Source: an uncultured Leptospiraceae bacterium
GTDB taxonomy: Bacteria; Spirochaetota; DYNZ01
DNA: 42,806 nt
Direction: 5' to 3'
Assembly: GCA_964501965.1 (NCBI GenBank)
Contig: CAZCVM010000003.1
Location: 1-42,806 of the forward strand
Below are positions 7,728-17,264 of the stretch, one piece after another. Positions within the stretch are counted from its first letter, which is position 1, and each line of letters opens with the position of its first letter. Position numbers and translations under genes: made by a program. The notes beneath the pieces are model-generated. The model was not told the DNA's origin and made no database searches. It saw nothing but the letters and a program-made list of their open reading frames with translations.

Positions 7728-9623
7728 ATGATAGATGTTCAATTGCCGGATGGAAACAAAATCTCTGTCCAAAATGGAGATTTTGTATCTCAGGTTGCTC
7801 AAAAGATTGGTCCGGGCCTGGCTGAAGCTGCTATAGCTGGAAAAATCAATGGAGCATTGGTGGATTTGAGCCAACCCATCACAGAACCATGTAAGATAGA
7901 GATCATCACAAAAAAAAGTGATGAAGCACTGGAAATATTGCGGCATTCCACAGCACACCTCATGGCGCAAGCAGTAAAACAACTTTATCCGCAAGCACAG
8001 GTAACTATTGGACCAGCAATTGATACAGGCTTTTATTATGATTTTGACACAGAAAACACATTCAATGAAACAGACCTTGCCCAAATAGAAAAGCGCATGA
8101 ATGAGTTGGCAGGGCAAGATATTCCCATTTACAAAGAGGAAATATCCAAACAGGAGGCAATAGACCGTTTTACTCAGATGGGAGAAATGTACAAAGTAGA
8201 AATCATTCAGGAAATTGAAAACCCAAAAGTAAGTATTTATACACAGGGGGATTTCCAGGATTTATGTCGTGGGCCCCATGTACCTTCCACCGGCAAATTG
8301 CAGGCTTTTAAGTTGCTTAGTGTTGCAGGTGCTTATTGGCGTGGCAATGAGAATAATAAAATGCTGCAAAGAATCTATGGCACCGCGTTCGCAGACAAAA
8401 AAACATTGAAACAATATCTCATTCAATTGGAAGAAGCAAAAAAGCGTGATCATAGGAAAATTGGCAAAGAATTGGATTTGTTTAGTTTTCATCCAGAAGC
8501 ACCGGCTATGCCTTTTTTTCATCCTAATGGTGCTTTTATCTACAATTCCCTTATTGGTTTTATTCGTGATCTCAACGAAAAGTATCAATTCCAGGAAGTT
8601 GTTACTCCGCAAATATTGGATGTTTCTTTATGGCACCAATCAGGTCACTACGCGAACTACCAGGAAAATATGTATTTTTCCAAAATTGACAATCGAGAAT
8701 ACGCAGTCAAACCAATGAATTGCCCCACTCATCTCAAAATATTTGGTTCCACATTGCATTCCTATCGTGAATTGCCTGTTCGTTTATCTGATTTTGGTCG
8801 AGTGCACCGCTATGAAAAATCTGGAGCAACAGCCGGATTATTTCGAGTGCGGTCCTTTTCCCAGGATGATGCTCATGTTTTTTGCATGCCCGACCAAATT
8901 ACTGAAGAGATTGCCGGAATTATTGAGATGATTTTTTTTACATACCAAAGCTTTGGTTTTGATACAATCCGGGTTCATCTTTCCACCAAGCCGGAAAAAG
9001 CTATGGGTTCTGACGAAATATGGCAACGCGCGGAAAACGCATTGCATACTGCTTTGCAGCAAGAAAAAATAGAGTACAAAGTCAATCCTGGGGACGGCGC
9101 GTTTTATGGGCCCAAAATAGATTTCAAAGTCCAAGATGCGATTGGCAGAGAATGGCAATTGGGCACCATTCAATTGGATTTTTCCATGCCGGCCCGGTTT
9201 GAACTGACCTATGTGGATTCAGACGGGCAAGAAAAGCCTCCGGTAATGATTCATAGGGCAATTTTGGGTTCAGTGGAACGGTTTATGGGCATTCTTATAG
9301 AGCATTTTGGTGGTAGATTTCCGGTATGGTTAGCTCCGCAACAAGTGCAAGTTATACCAATCTCTCGAGAATTGAATGATTATGCCGTATTTGTGACACA
9401 GGAATTGAAAACAAAAAAAATTCGCGCTATGGTAAATGTATCAGATGATAAAATGAATTACAAAATACGGCAAGCGCAAATGCAGCAGATTCCTTATATG
9501 GTTATCGTCGGCGAGAAAGAACGCGCAGCAAATAAGATATCCATTCGGCAATTAGATGGCAAGCAAATTAACAATATATCTATCAATGAGCTGGCTCAAA
9601 ACATACAAAATGGTAAACAATAG
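7728..9623 (+). CDS. thrS: Threonine--tRNA ligase
   Basis: TGS domain, RHSTAH, DLCRGPH, RDHRKIG, KPMNCP, HRYEKSG, FYGPKID, MIHRAILGSVERF. Confidence 0.99.
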   Translation: MIDVQLPDGNKISVQNGDFVSQVAQKIGPGLAEAAIAGKINGALVDLSQPITEPCKIEIITKKSDEALEILRHSTAHLMAQAVKQLYPQAQVTIGPAIDTGFYYDFDTENTFNETDLAQIEKRMNELAGQDIPIYKEEISKQEAIDRFTQMGEMYKVEIIQEIENPKVSIYTQGDFQDLCRGPHVPSTGKLQAFKLLSVAGAYWRGNENNKMLQRIYGTAFADKKTLKQYLIQLEEAKKRDHRKIGKELDLFSFHPEAPAMPFFHPNGAFIYNSLIGFIRDLNEKYQFQEVVTPQILDVSLWHQSGHYANYQENMYFSKIDNREYAVKPMNCPTHLKIFGSTLHSYRELPVRLSDFGRVHRYEKSGATAGLFRVRSFSQDDAHVFCMPDQITEEIAGIIEMIFFTYQSFGFDTIRVHLSTKPEKAMGSDEIWQRAENALHTALQQEKIEYKVNPGDGAFYGPKIDFKVQDAIGREWQLGTIQLDFSMPARFELTYVDSDGQEKPPVMIHRAILGSVERFMGILIEHFGGRFPVWLAPQQVQVIPISRELNDYAVFVTQELKTKKIRAMVNVSDDKMNYKIRQAQMQQIPYMVIVGEKERAANKISIRQLDGKQINNISINELAQNIQNGKQ

Positions 9624-9631
9624 AGGTACAA

Positions 9632-10615
9632 ATGCAATATATCAAACTGGGTAAAAGCGATATCAACATTAGCAGAATAATTTTTGGAGCATGGGCAATA
9701 GGTGGCTGGTACTGGGGTGGTTCCCAGGATCAAGAATCACAACAAGCCATTGATGCTGCCTTAGATCATGGCATTACAACATTTGATACAGCACCAATGT
9801 ACGGTTTTGGGCATAGCGAAACCGTACTGGGCCAGGCTCTGCGCAACAAACGAACAAAAGTACAAATTGCGACAAAATGCGGTTTACGTTGGGACCAGGA
9901 AGAAGGTGTATACTATTTCACAGTGGATCAAGGTCCGGCAAACAAACCAGTAAAAATATACCGCAACCTCAAAGCCAAATCTATTCGCTTAGAATGCGAA
10001 CTATCCCTAAAGAGATTGCAAACAGATTATATTGATCTATATCAATGTCACTGGCCGGACAAAAGTACAGCTATCGAAGAAACAGCAGAAACCATGTTGC
10101 GTTTGCAAGAAGAGGGCAAAATTAGGGCTATTGGTGTAAGCAATTTTTCTCCTAGCATGATGGCTGACTTTGCCAAAATTGCCCCATTGGTGTCGGATCA
10201 ACCCAAATACAATCTGTTAGATAGAAAAATTGAAAAGGATGTTTTGCCTTATGCATTAAAAAATAAAATTGCTCTGATTGTTTATAGTCCGTTGGCCCAG
10301 GGCTTGCTGACTGGTAAAGTCACACCAAAAAGAAAATTCCCAGAAAACGATTATCGTAAAAATCAAGAAAGGTTCCAAGCTCCATTTTTAGAAAAAATCC
10401 AACCTGCCGTGGAAATTTTACAAAGAATTGCCCAAAAAAATAATACCACCGCTGGCAATATCGCGCAGGCCTGGCTTTTAGCACAACCCGGGATCACAGC
10501 TTCCATAACAGGTATTCGCAATGCCCAGCAAGCACAAGAAAACAGCGAAGCAGCCAATCTAGCTATGGAAACGACAGATATCAGTAAAATAACTGAAACA
10601 TTCAATCAAATTTGA
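9632..10615 (+). CDS. Aldo/keto reductase
   Basis: FGAWAIGG, FDTAPMYG, IATKCG, SLKRLQTDYIDLYQCHWPD, IGVSNF, YSPLAQGLLTGK. Confidence 0.95.
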   Translation: MQYIKLGKSDINISRIIFGAWAIGGWYWGGSQDQESQQAIDAALDHGITTFDTAPMYGFGHSETVLGQALRNKRTKVQIATKCGLRWDQEEGVYYFTVDQGPANKPVKIYRNLKAKSIRLECELSLKRLQTDYIDLYQCHWPDKSTAIEETAETMLRLQEEGKIRAIGVSNFSPSMMADFAKIAPLVSDQPKYNLLDRKIEKDVLPYALKNKIALIVYSPLAQGLLTGKVTPKRKFPENDYRKNQERFQAPFLEKIQPAVEILQRIAQKNNTTAGNIAQAWLLAQPGITASITGIRNAQQAQENSEAANLAMETTDISKITETFNQI

Positions 10616-10722
10616 TTTTACGCTTCATTTTTCGATTGACAAGGCAGACATTCAATAAAAAAAATTCAATTCTTCAATTCAAAAGCATCTGGCTAATTAC
10701 AGTAAAATAATGGGAAATTACA

Positions 10723-11136
10723 ATGATATCTGTTTTAATTGTGGACGACAATCATAGTTTTGTGGACAGCCTAAGGGTAATATTAAAAGATATTCCAGCT
10801 ATTCAAAATATTAAATCTGTTAGCAATTTTTATCGTGCTGAAAGAGAAATCCATGCAGATGAAAAATATCATCTTTATATACTAGAAAATGACGCAGAAG
10901 TATCTATCAAAGGTATTGACTTTATTAAAAATATTCGTAAAGAAAAACCCAATCTAAAACCACAAAATTTTATCTTGTTAAGTACAAAGCCCCAAGATAT
11001 TGCAGAGAAAGCAAAAAATGAGGGTATCAAAATCGTTCGAAAACCTTTGCAAATACAAGATTTCAAAGAATATATTAATCGCCTCATAGACCAAAGACTC
11101 ATCATGGACAATGATGATTCGAATGAAGAACAATAA
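10723..11136 (+). CDS. Single-domain response-regulator receiver, atypical (Glu at the phosphoacceptor position)
   Basis: VLIVDD, beta3 HLYILE, GIDFI, ILLST and KP motifs. Confidence 0.8.
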   Translation: MISVLIVDDNHSFVDSLRVILKDIPAIQNIKSVSNFYRAEREIHADEKYHLYILENDAEVSIKGIDFIKNIRKEKPNLKPQNFILLSTKPQDIAEKAKNEGIKIVRKPLQIQDFKEYINRLIDQRLIMDNDDSNEEQ

Positions 11137-11147
11137 ATATAAGCTGC

Positions 11148-11170
11148 ATATAGGACAATATAGGACAATA
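11148..11170. repeat. 10-bp tandem duplication (ATA)TAGGACAATA x2
   Basis: Read directly in the intergenic gap. Confidence 0.7.
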
Positions 11171-11195
11171 CACAACAAAAGAAAAATCGAAAATT

Positions 11196-11570
11196 ATGGC
11201 AAAGAAAATTCGCAATGTAAACCGGCTATTGAAAGAAATGAAAAAATTTTCTGTAGATGTCAATGACAATGAAATTTGCAAAAAATTTGAAACTCTGATC
11301 AAAAGCGGTAATGAAGAAGACATTCCCCATACCATCATAACTCAAATAATCAATGATCCGTTTGAAGTAAATGAAAAAGAAATTGCAGAGATTTATGTCA
11401 TGTATTTCCGCCATTATAGATTTATGCGCAAACGGCAAAAAAAAATTGATGCGCAACAAGCAGACACCACAGATAGTTCTGGCCGAACATCCAAACGTGC
11501 CAAAAGCTCTACTACTCGCAGTTCACGTGTCAAATCTTCTGGCGGCAGTACCAGGAAAAAAAATACATAG
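11196..11570 (+). CDS. Hypothetical protein with basic Ser/Thr-rich C-terminal tail
   Basis: Fills the gap with an ATG start and protein-like composition; no family recognised. Confidence 0.7.
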   Translation: MAKKIRNVNRLLKEMKKFSVDVNDNEICKKFETLIKSGNEEDIPHTIITQIINDPFEVNEKEIAEIYVMYFRHYRFMRKRQKKIDAQQADTTDSSGRTSKRAKSSTTRSSRVKSSGGSTRKKNT

Positions 11571-11638
11571 CATCCCAGATACTGCCATCTTCAACAGATT
11601 ATTAATAAAATATCAACATGCTATTCATGCTTTCGCGC

Positions 11639-12142
11639 CTAACCTTTGTATTGATCCGCGCTATGCAAAATATCTATTTGCTGCCACTCTGATACCCAAT
11701 CATCTACTTTATAGGGAATAACATTATTCTTTTCATTATTGACAAAAATTGTATTCAAGCCGGCATTAATGAGCATTTTCTTGCAAATAAAACATGGAAA
11801 AGCATGTACAGGCGTTTGATCTGGATTTTCGCCATACAAAAACATATCTCCACCCAATATCGAGACTCCGGCACGGGCCGCATTAATCAGACAATTTTGT
11901 TCAGCGTGCACAGACCGACAAATCTCGTATTGTGAGCCGGACGCAATGTTTTGACTTTCTCGCAAACAAAAATTGTGCTCTAAAGAACTTTTGGTTTTTC
12001 GCGGTGCTCCATTGTAGCCTGTAGCCACGATTTGATCATCCTTAACAATAATAGCACCAAATTTTTTGCGCAAACAAGTCGCTCTGCGAGAAACAACCTT
12101 TGCTATTTCAATGTAATAAGAAATTTTTTCTATTCTTGCCAT
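11639..12142 (-). CDS. dCMP deaminase family (ComEB-like) zinc-dependent deaminase
   Basis: RATCLRKKFGAIIV, ATGYNG, HAEQN, PCFIC zinc motif. Confidence 0.93.
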   Translation of the reverse strand: MARIEKISYYIEIAKVVSRRATCLRKKFGAIIVKDDQIVATGYNGAPRKTKSSLEHNFCLRESQNIASGSQYEICRSVHAEQNCLINAARAGVSILGGDMFLYGENPDQTPVHAFPCFICKKMLINAGLNTIFVNNEKNNVIPYKVDDWVSEWQQIDILHSADQYKG

Positions 12143-12268
12143 AAAAAACCCTTTAAGATGATTTTATTGTACGCTATTAAGAAAATCTCTTGAGAATATA
12201 GCCGTTAATCATAGGATGAGCATGAAAAAACTTAAAAAATGCGTCAACCAATAGTTTAAAATAAAGGA

Positions 12269-12811
12269 TTGAAAATTGTGCCGATAATTACCAATGAGCA
12301 GATAAAAACTGGAATTATTGTACTGTTATTTTTTGCTGGAGGGCTAGTTGTTCATATTTTATTAATGAAATGGGAAGATTTTCGTCAATTTCCTGACAAT
12401 TTGTGGCAAAAAGACCAGGTGGCCATTCGTTTAAGGGGAGCTGTGCAAGAGCCTCAAATACGAAAGGTGCCCAAAGAATGGACACTATGGCAAGCCATAG
12501 TACACGAAAATTCGATGAGCTATTATATTCAATGGGGCAAGATTGCTCTAGCTCAAAGAGTATACGAAGGCCTGGACTTAAAAGTGCCATTTAGAAAATT
12601 GCGTTCAGGAGAAAAAATTTCCTGGAAAGAATTGACTAAAAGCAAAGGAAAATTAATTCTCACTTTGCCTTGCCCTTGTATAGAGCAAGATACAACAAAA
12701 TGGGCAAGAATGCTGTATGAGAATGATTTTCCCAGATGGGAAATCATTGAGGGCCATATAAAAAGGAAAGAAAATATAAAATGTGTCAGCAAATATATAG
12801 ATTATAATTGA
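12269..12811 (+). CDS. Membrane-anchored protein with a degenerate ComEA-type SLBB domain
   Basis: N-terminal TM, then IRLRGAVQEPQIRKVP...WQAI...IALAQRVYEGLDLKVP resembling the ComEA SLBB domain; no clear HhH motif. Confidence 0.55.
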   Translation: MKIVPIITNEQIKTGIIVLLFFAGGLVVHILLMKWEDFRQFPDNLWQKDQVAIRLRGAVQEPQIRKVPKEWTLWQAIVHENSMSYYIQWGKIALAQRVYEGLDLKVPFRKLRSGEKISWKELTKSKGKLILTLPCPCIEQDTTKWARMLYENDFPRWEIIEGHIKRKENIKCVSKYIDYN

Positions 12812-12815
12812 AAAT

Positions 12816-12855
12816 AATCCCAAATTTTGATAATAAATTTAGCTGGGATTTTTTT
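12816..12855 (+). terminator. Possible intrinsic terminator
   Basis: AATCCCA...TGGGATT inverted repeat followed by a T run, just after the 12811 stop; long AT-rich loop. Confidence 0.35.
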
Positions 12856-12904
12856 GAAAAAATGAATGACAAATAGGGTAGATTTTTAAAAATTGAGGAA
12901 AAAA

Positions 12905-15900
12905 ATGGCAAACAAGGATACAATCATCCTGGATCAAAAAGACGATCAAGACGAAGAATTGCAAATTGCAGATTCTGATTTCGAAATAGACCCTCTTCCT
13001 GATTTGGACGAAGATGAGTTTATTGTCGAAGAAATGGAAGAGCTGTCTTCATCAGAGGAAAGTGACTCTGCAAACACGGATTCGTACAATCAAAATAACG
13101 ATCTGGACGATGACATTGGGTTTGAAGATGACCTTATTTTAAGTGATGAAGATTTGCTACCGTTCGATTTGATGGATCAAGCAGAATCCAGCCAAGAATC
13201 CTCCAAAACAGATCAAATGCTTACATTTACACCGCATGAAGACTATTTAATTAAAAATCTACCTCACAAAACTAAGTCTGAACCAGAGAGTAGAAAAGAG
13301 CAAGACGAAAAAACAATATTTGAAGATGATGTACTGGTCAGCCAGCCAGACCCAGGGACAGATAAAGATACAAATGAAGAAGAACCATTATTTTTAGAAA
13401 CCCAGGGAGAAGTTGTACCTGAGGAAAAACCAGCAGAAACAAAGGCTGATTCCCTATTTCCAGATTTACCGGAAAATATTCAGTATATTAATGAAGACGA
13501 ATTAATCATTACGGATTCAAACATTACAAACAATTCAACAGAAACGATAGATGCAGAACCAAAAGAAACAAGTCCAAGCAATTTAAGTATTGAAGATGAT
13601 AACAATATGACTATTACAACAGATAGAGAAACAATCGAATCTCAACCAACAATGGACAGCAACGACATATTGGATGATACACCGGATCCAATAGAAGATC
13701 CGGTACCAAATACAACAGAAAATGCTAAAGACAGTAATAAAGATAGTAATATGGAAGATAATCCAATGGAGACACCGGAAAAAAACCAAAACAATGAAAC
13801 CAAAACCGGTTTTTTTGCTAATGCGGACGACGATGACGAAACATTGGCATTATCAGATGAAGAATTGGGCGATATATTGCAAGATGTCACATTGGAAGAA
13901 GATATGAGTGATCAAAGCATACTGAATGATGACATGGAAGATGAAATATCGCAGCAAGAAATATCTCCCGAACCATTTGAGCAAACCGAGCAAACTGAAC
14001 AAATAGAATCAGGTGAAGATGTTTTGACAAATGTCAATGCTGACAACAATTCTGACAACAATGCGAATGATCAAGATATTGATCTCGATAGTATTGCATC
14101 AATGGAAGAAAGCGATAGCAATACCCCTAAGGGCGGTTTTTTTGATGGAGAAGATGATGATGACACCCTTGCCTTATCTGACGAAGAATTGGGCGATATT
14201 TTAGAGGATGTGGTACAAGAAGAAGAAGCCATCGGAGAGTTAAAACCCGCATTGGAACAAATCAATGAGACGAATGAAACTAATGAAGTAGATGCAAATG
14301 ATTTTGACAATGAGCCAGGTGCCCAGGAAGATAATACAACTCTGGATATGGATAGTTTAGACTTGGATTTGGCATCCGAAAACGAAGAAAAAATTGAAAA
14401 TGATGAAAATGATGAAAAAACGACTCTGGATATGGAGTCTTTAGACCTCGATATCAATGAAGACACAGATAACAATGAAATAGACGAAGATGAAACAGAT
14501 AACTTTGCAGAAAATGATGAAAATGATGAAGAAACAACTCTGGATATGGAGTCTTTAGATCTCGATATCGATGAACCAGATATGTCGGAGCCGGAGCTGG
14601 AAGCTGACAACAACGAAGATGATATTGAAGCTGACATTGAGAATGATATTGAGAACGACAATGAAAGCAATCAGGAAGACATCTTTGAAAGTACGATAAA
14701 TACTGGTGAAGAAAATATTGGAACAGATACTCTGGAAAGCAATGAAGACACAGATAACAATGAAATAGACGAAAGTGAAATAGATAACTTTGCAGAAAAT
14801 GATGAAAATGATGAAGAAACAACTCTGGATATGGAGTCTTTAGATCTCGATATCGATGAACCAGATATGTCGGAGCCGGAGCTGGAAGCTGACAACAACG
14901 AAGATGACATTGAGAATGATATTGAAAATGACAATGATAGCAATCAGGAAGACATCTTTGAAAGTACGATAAATACTGGTGAAGAAAATATTGGAACAGA
15001 TACTCTGGAAAGCAATGAAGACACAGATAACAATGAAATAGACGAAAATGAAATAGATAACTTTGCAGAAAATGATGATGATGATATTGCGATCGACATG
15101 GATGCTTTGGATCTGGATTTGGATGACCAGGATATTGAATCAGAAAAAACGGAAAGCGAAGAAAACGAAGAAGATACAACATTAGATATGGATTCCTTGG
15201 ATCTGGAAGATACTGATATATCTGATACACTGGATTCTTCTGATTCGATTGATTCGATTGATTCGATTGAAGAAAACAGTGTTGCCGAGGATAAGGTAAA
15301 TGGCATTACCGATGAGATGGATATAGAAATCGAAGATGATGTAGATATAGACGACATCAATGAACAAAAAGATGATGAACAGATTGTTGACGAAGAGGAT
15401 GAAGACGATATAGTAAAAAATGATCCAATAGATTTTTCTGAAAATGTAGATACAAGTAAAGAATTTGATGAAAATGTAGAAGATTATGGAGATGAATTTG
15501 AATTTGAAGAAGTCATTATTGATGGAGATCAAAAATTATCAAATGAATTTACTTCAGAAAATACCGCCTCTCCAACAGATCCGACTTTTGATATGGAAGA
15601 AAAGGATATCATGATAGATTCGGAGCCGGAACATGAACCAGAATTGGACAAATTTGACGAACAAGAAGGCCTGGAAGATTCTGACTATGATTCTGATTAT
15701 GATGATAAGGTGCTGTTTATCGAAGAAGATATCCAAAATGAAACAACAGTCGACAATGAACCGGGTTTGGACTTAGAAGATGATTTTGAAGAAAGTACTC
15801 TAAACGATGAGATCATAGACGATATTTTGGATGATGTTTCTGGCGACCAAATGCAAGATTTGGATGATGATGTTTCCACACAAATTCCCGAACCAGGCGA

Positions 15901-16237
15901 TGCTGTTACTCCAGCAGAATCAATACCAAATGTATCAAAAGACACACAGCCTAAATCCGCTCATGATATTATTGATCAAGAATTGGAAGCCATGGATGAT
16001 TCATTGAATGATTCACTGAACGATTCACAAAGGACAGCAACAGACCAAGCACCAATGACTGATCACGAAGCTTTGATTGGCAAAGAAAGTATGCCAACAA
16101 AAGAAGAACTGAGAAAAATGTTAAATTATTTGGACGGTCTATTCGAAAATCTACCAGACGATGCTGTCAAACAATTTGCCAAATCAGAGTATTTTGATTT
16201 GTATATGTCTATAATGAAAAAACTAGAAATGGAATAG
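12905..16237 (+). CDS. Very large acidic low-complexity protein with internal repeats and a C-terminal helical domain
   Basis: About 1110 aa, extremely Asp/Glu-rich; C-terminus KEELRKMLNYLDGLFENLPDDAVKQFAKSEYFDLY resembles spirochaete hypothetical proteins (recollection). Start placed at ATG 12905. Confidence 0.85.
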   Translation: MANKDTIILDQKDDQDEELQIADSDFEIDPLPDLDEDEFIVEEMEELSSSEESDSANTDSYNQNNDLDDDIGFEDDLILSDEDLLPFDLMDQAESSQESSKTDQMLTFTPHEDYLIKNLPHKTKSEPESRKEQDEKTIFEDDVLVSQPDPGTDKDTNEEEPLFLETQGEVVPEEKPAETKADSLFPDLPENIQYINEDELIITDSNITNNSTETIDAEPKETSPSNLSIEDDNNMTITTDRETIESQPTMDSNDILDDTPDPIEDPVPNTTENAKDSNKDSNMEDNPMETPEKNQNNETKTGFFANADDDDETLALSDEELGDILQDVTLEEDMSDQSILNDDMEDEISQQEISPEPFEQTEQTEQIESGEDVLTNVNADNNSDNNANDQDIDLDSIASMEESDSNTPKGGFFDGEDDDDTLALSDEELGDILEDVVQEEEAIGELKPALEQINETNETNEVDANDFDNEPGAQEDNTTLDMDSLDLDLASENEEKIENDENDEKTTLDMESLDLDINEDTDNNEIDEDETDNFAENDENDEETTLDMESLDLDIDEPDMSEPELEADNNEDDIEADIENDIENDNESNQEDIFESTINTGEENIGTDTLESNEDTDNNEIDESEIDNFAENDENDEETTLDMESLDLDIDEPDMSEPELEADNNEDDIENDIENDNDSNQEDIFESTINTGEENIGTDTLESNEDTDNNEIDENEIDNFAENDDDDIAIDMDALDLDLDDQDIESEKTESEENEEDTTLDMDSLDLEDTDISDTLDSSDSIDSIDSIEENSVAEDKVNGITDEMDIEIEDDVDIDDINEQKDDEQIVDEEDEDDIVKNDPIDFSENVDTSKEFDENVEDYGDEFEFEEVIIDGDQKLSNEFTSENTASPTDPTFDMEEKDIMIDSEPEHEPELDKFDEQEGLEDSDYDSDYDDKVLFIEEDIQNETTVDNEPGLDLEDDFEESTLNDEIIDDILDDVSGDQMQDLDDDVSTQIPEPGDAVTPAESIPNVSKDTQPKSAHDIIDQELEAMDDSLNDSLNDSQRTATDQAPMTDHEALIGKESMPTKEELRKMLNYLDGLFENLPDDAVKQFAKSEYFDLYMSIMKKLEME
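14456..15080 (+). repeat. Intragenic near-identical tandem repeat, ~2.2 copies (units of 285 and 273 nt)
   Basis: AATGAAGACACAGATAACAATGAAATAGACGAA starts at 14456, 14741 and 15014; units differ by a 12-nt indel and a few substitutions. Confidence 0.92.
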
Positions 16238-16239
16238 TT

Positions 16240-17259
16240 ATGGGCTTAAGAGAAAAAGCTCTGCAATTCAAAACGGAAAAAGCTATCACCAATACTCCGA
16301 TTGATACAATACCAGGGCCGGCTTCTAGCAAGCCAATAGATATTTTCAGGCCCTTGGACCAGGAGACGCCCACCAATAAACAAGATCCAGCCACGATCAT
16401 TTCGTCGACAAACGATACATCCATTCCTAAAACATCTACCTGGGAGGTGATCCATAAAGTTTTATCCTCCCAAAATGAAGATACTTTGCATGATTTAATA
16501 ATTATTGCGTTATGGCAAAGCTATAAACCCAACAAAATTGCGCTTTGGTCTGGTACTGAGCTTGCATTGAAAGCATACAAAGGAAAATTTGATCAGGACC
16601 TACCCCAAAGCATTGCTTTCACCCGGGAACAAAAACAAGAGATTCAAAGCATTGGACCGGTGTTTTTTTTAAGGGATTGTGGTTTTTTGACAGAGCTAAA
16701 TTCCAGTGGCTTGCAAACTTTTCTTATTTTGCAAAATAATGATAACTTGCGGTGTCTAATTGGCATGGATATGCAATTGCCGGAATCATTTAGTCAAATC
16801 AAATCCCAAATAGCTATTTTTGAACAAGCAGTGCAGAATGTAACCAAACAAGAAACGAATGAATTTTTTATTGAAAACAATGCTGCTATGATTCAATTTA
16901 TTAATAATAGTTTGCAATCTTTTCCCAATATGACAGTTATTCATTTAGCAATAAAAAATCATCCGCGAATTTTTAATTTATTTGGCTTAGAAAATACAAA
17001 AAGTATCGAAAAAGAATACAAAAATACAATTATGGCCCATGTGCCGGAAAAGACAAAAGTTTACCGCATATCCAGCCGTGATTATCTTATTTTGTGCCGC
17101 ACACTGGCCATCCCAGAATGCGAAAGTTTCATGTCCATGATTAAATACCGAATCGAACAAATTGAGCTATCCCATGATTTTCGACCTGTACCAATCTATC
17201 GTTTTTTTTCAGCAAATAAAGATTTTACTTGCGCTGAAAAACTGCTTACATTTTTATAA
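16240..17259 (+). CDS. Hypothetical signalling protein, possible GAF-like plus degenerate GGDEF-like domain
   Basis: C-terminal LAIKNHPRIFNLFG...YRISSRDYLIL aligns with GGDEF core elements but lacks GGDEF itself; starts 2 nt after the acidic gene. Confidence 0.55.
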   Translation: MGLREKALQFKTEKAITNTPIDTIPGPASSKPIDIFRPLDQETPTNKQDPATIISSTNDTSIPKTSTWEVIHKVLSSQNEDTLHDLIIIALWQSYKPNKIALWSGTELALKAYKGKFDQDLPQSIAFTREQKQEIQSIGPVFFLRDCGFLTELNSSGLQTFLILQNNDNLRCLIGMDMQLPESFSQIKSQIAIFEQAVQNVTKQETNEFFIENNAAMIQFINNSLQSFPNMTVIHLAIKNHPRIFNLFGLENTKSIEKEYKNTIMAHVPEKTKVYRISSRDYLILCRTLAIPECESFMSMIKYRIEQIELSHDFRPVPIYRFFSANKDFTCAEKLLTFL

Positions 17260-17264
17260 ATATT

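Noticed and set aside
14456-15080. Repeat as a CRISPR array or mobile element
   Set aside because: Units are in-frame coding duplications with no unique spacers, cas genes or terminal inverted repeats.
13583-15945. Long Ser-rich and His/Phe-rich minus-strand ORFs
   Set aside because: Antisense artefacts of the GAT/GAA-rich acidic gene.
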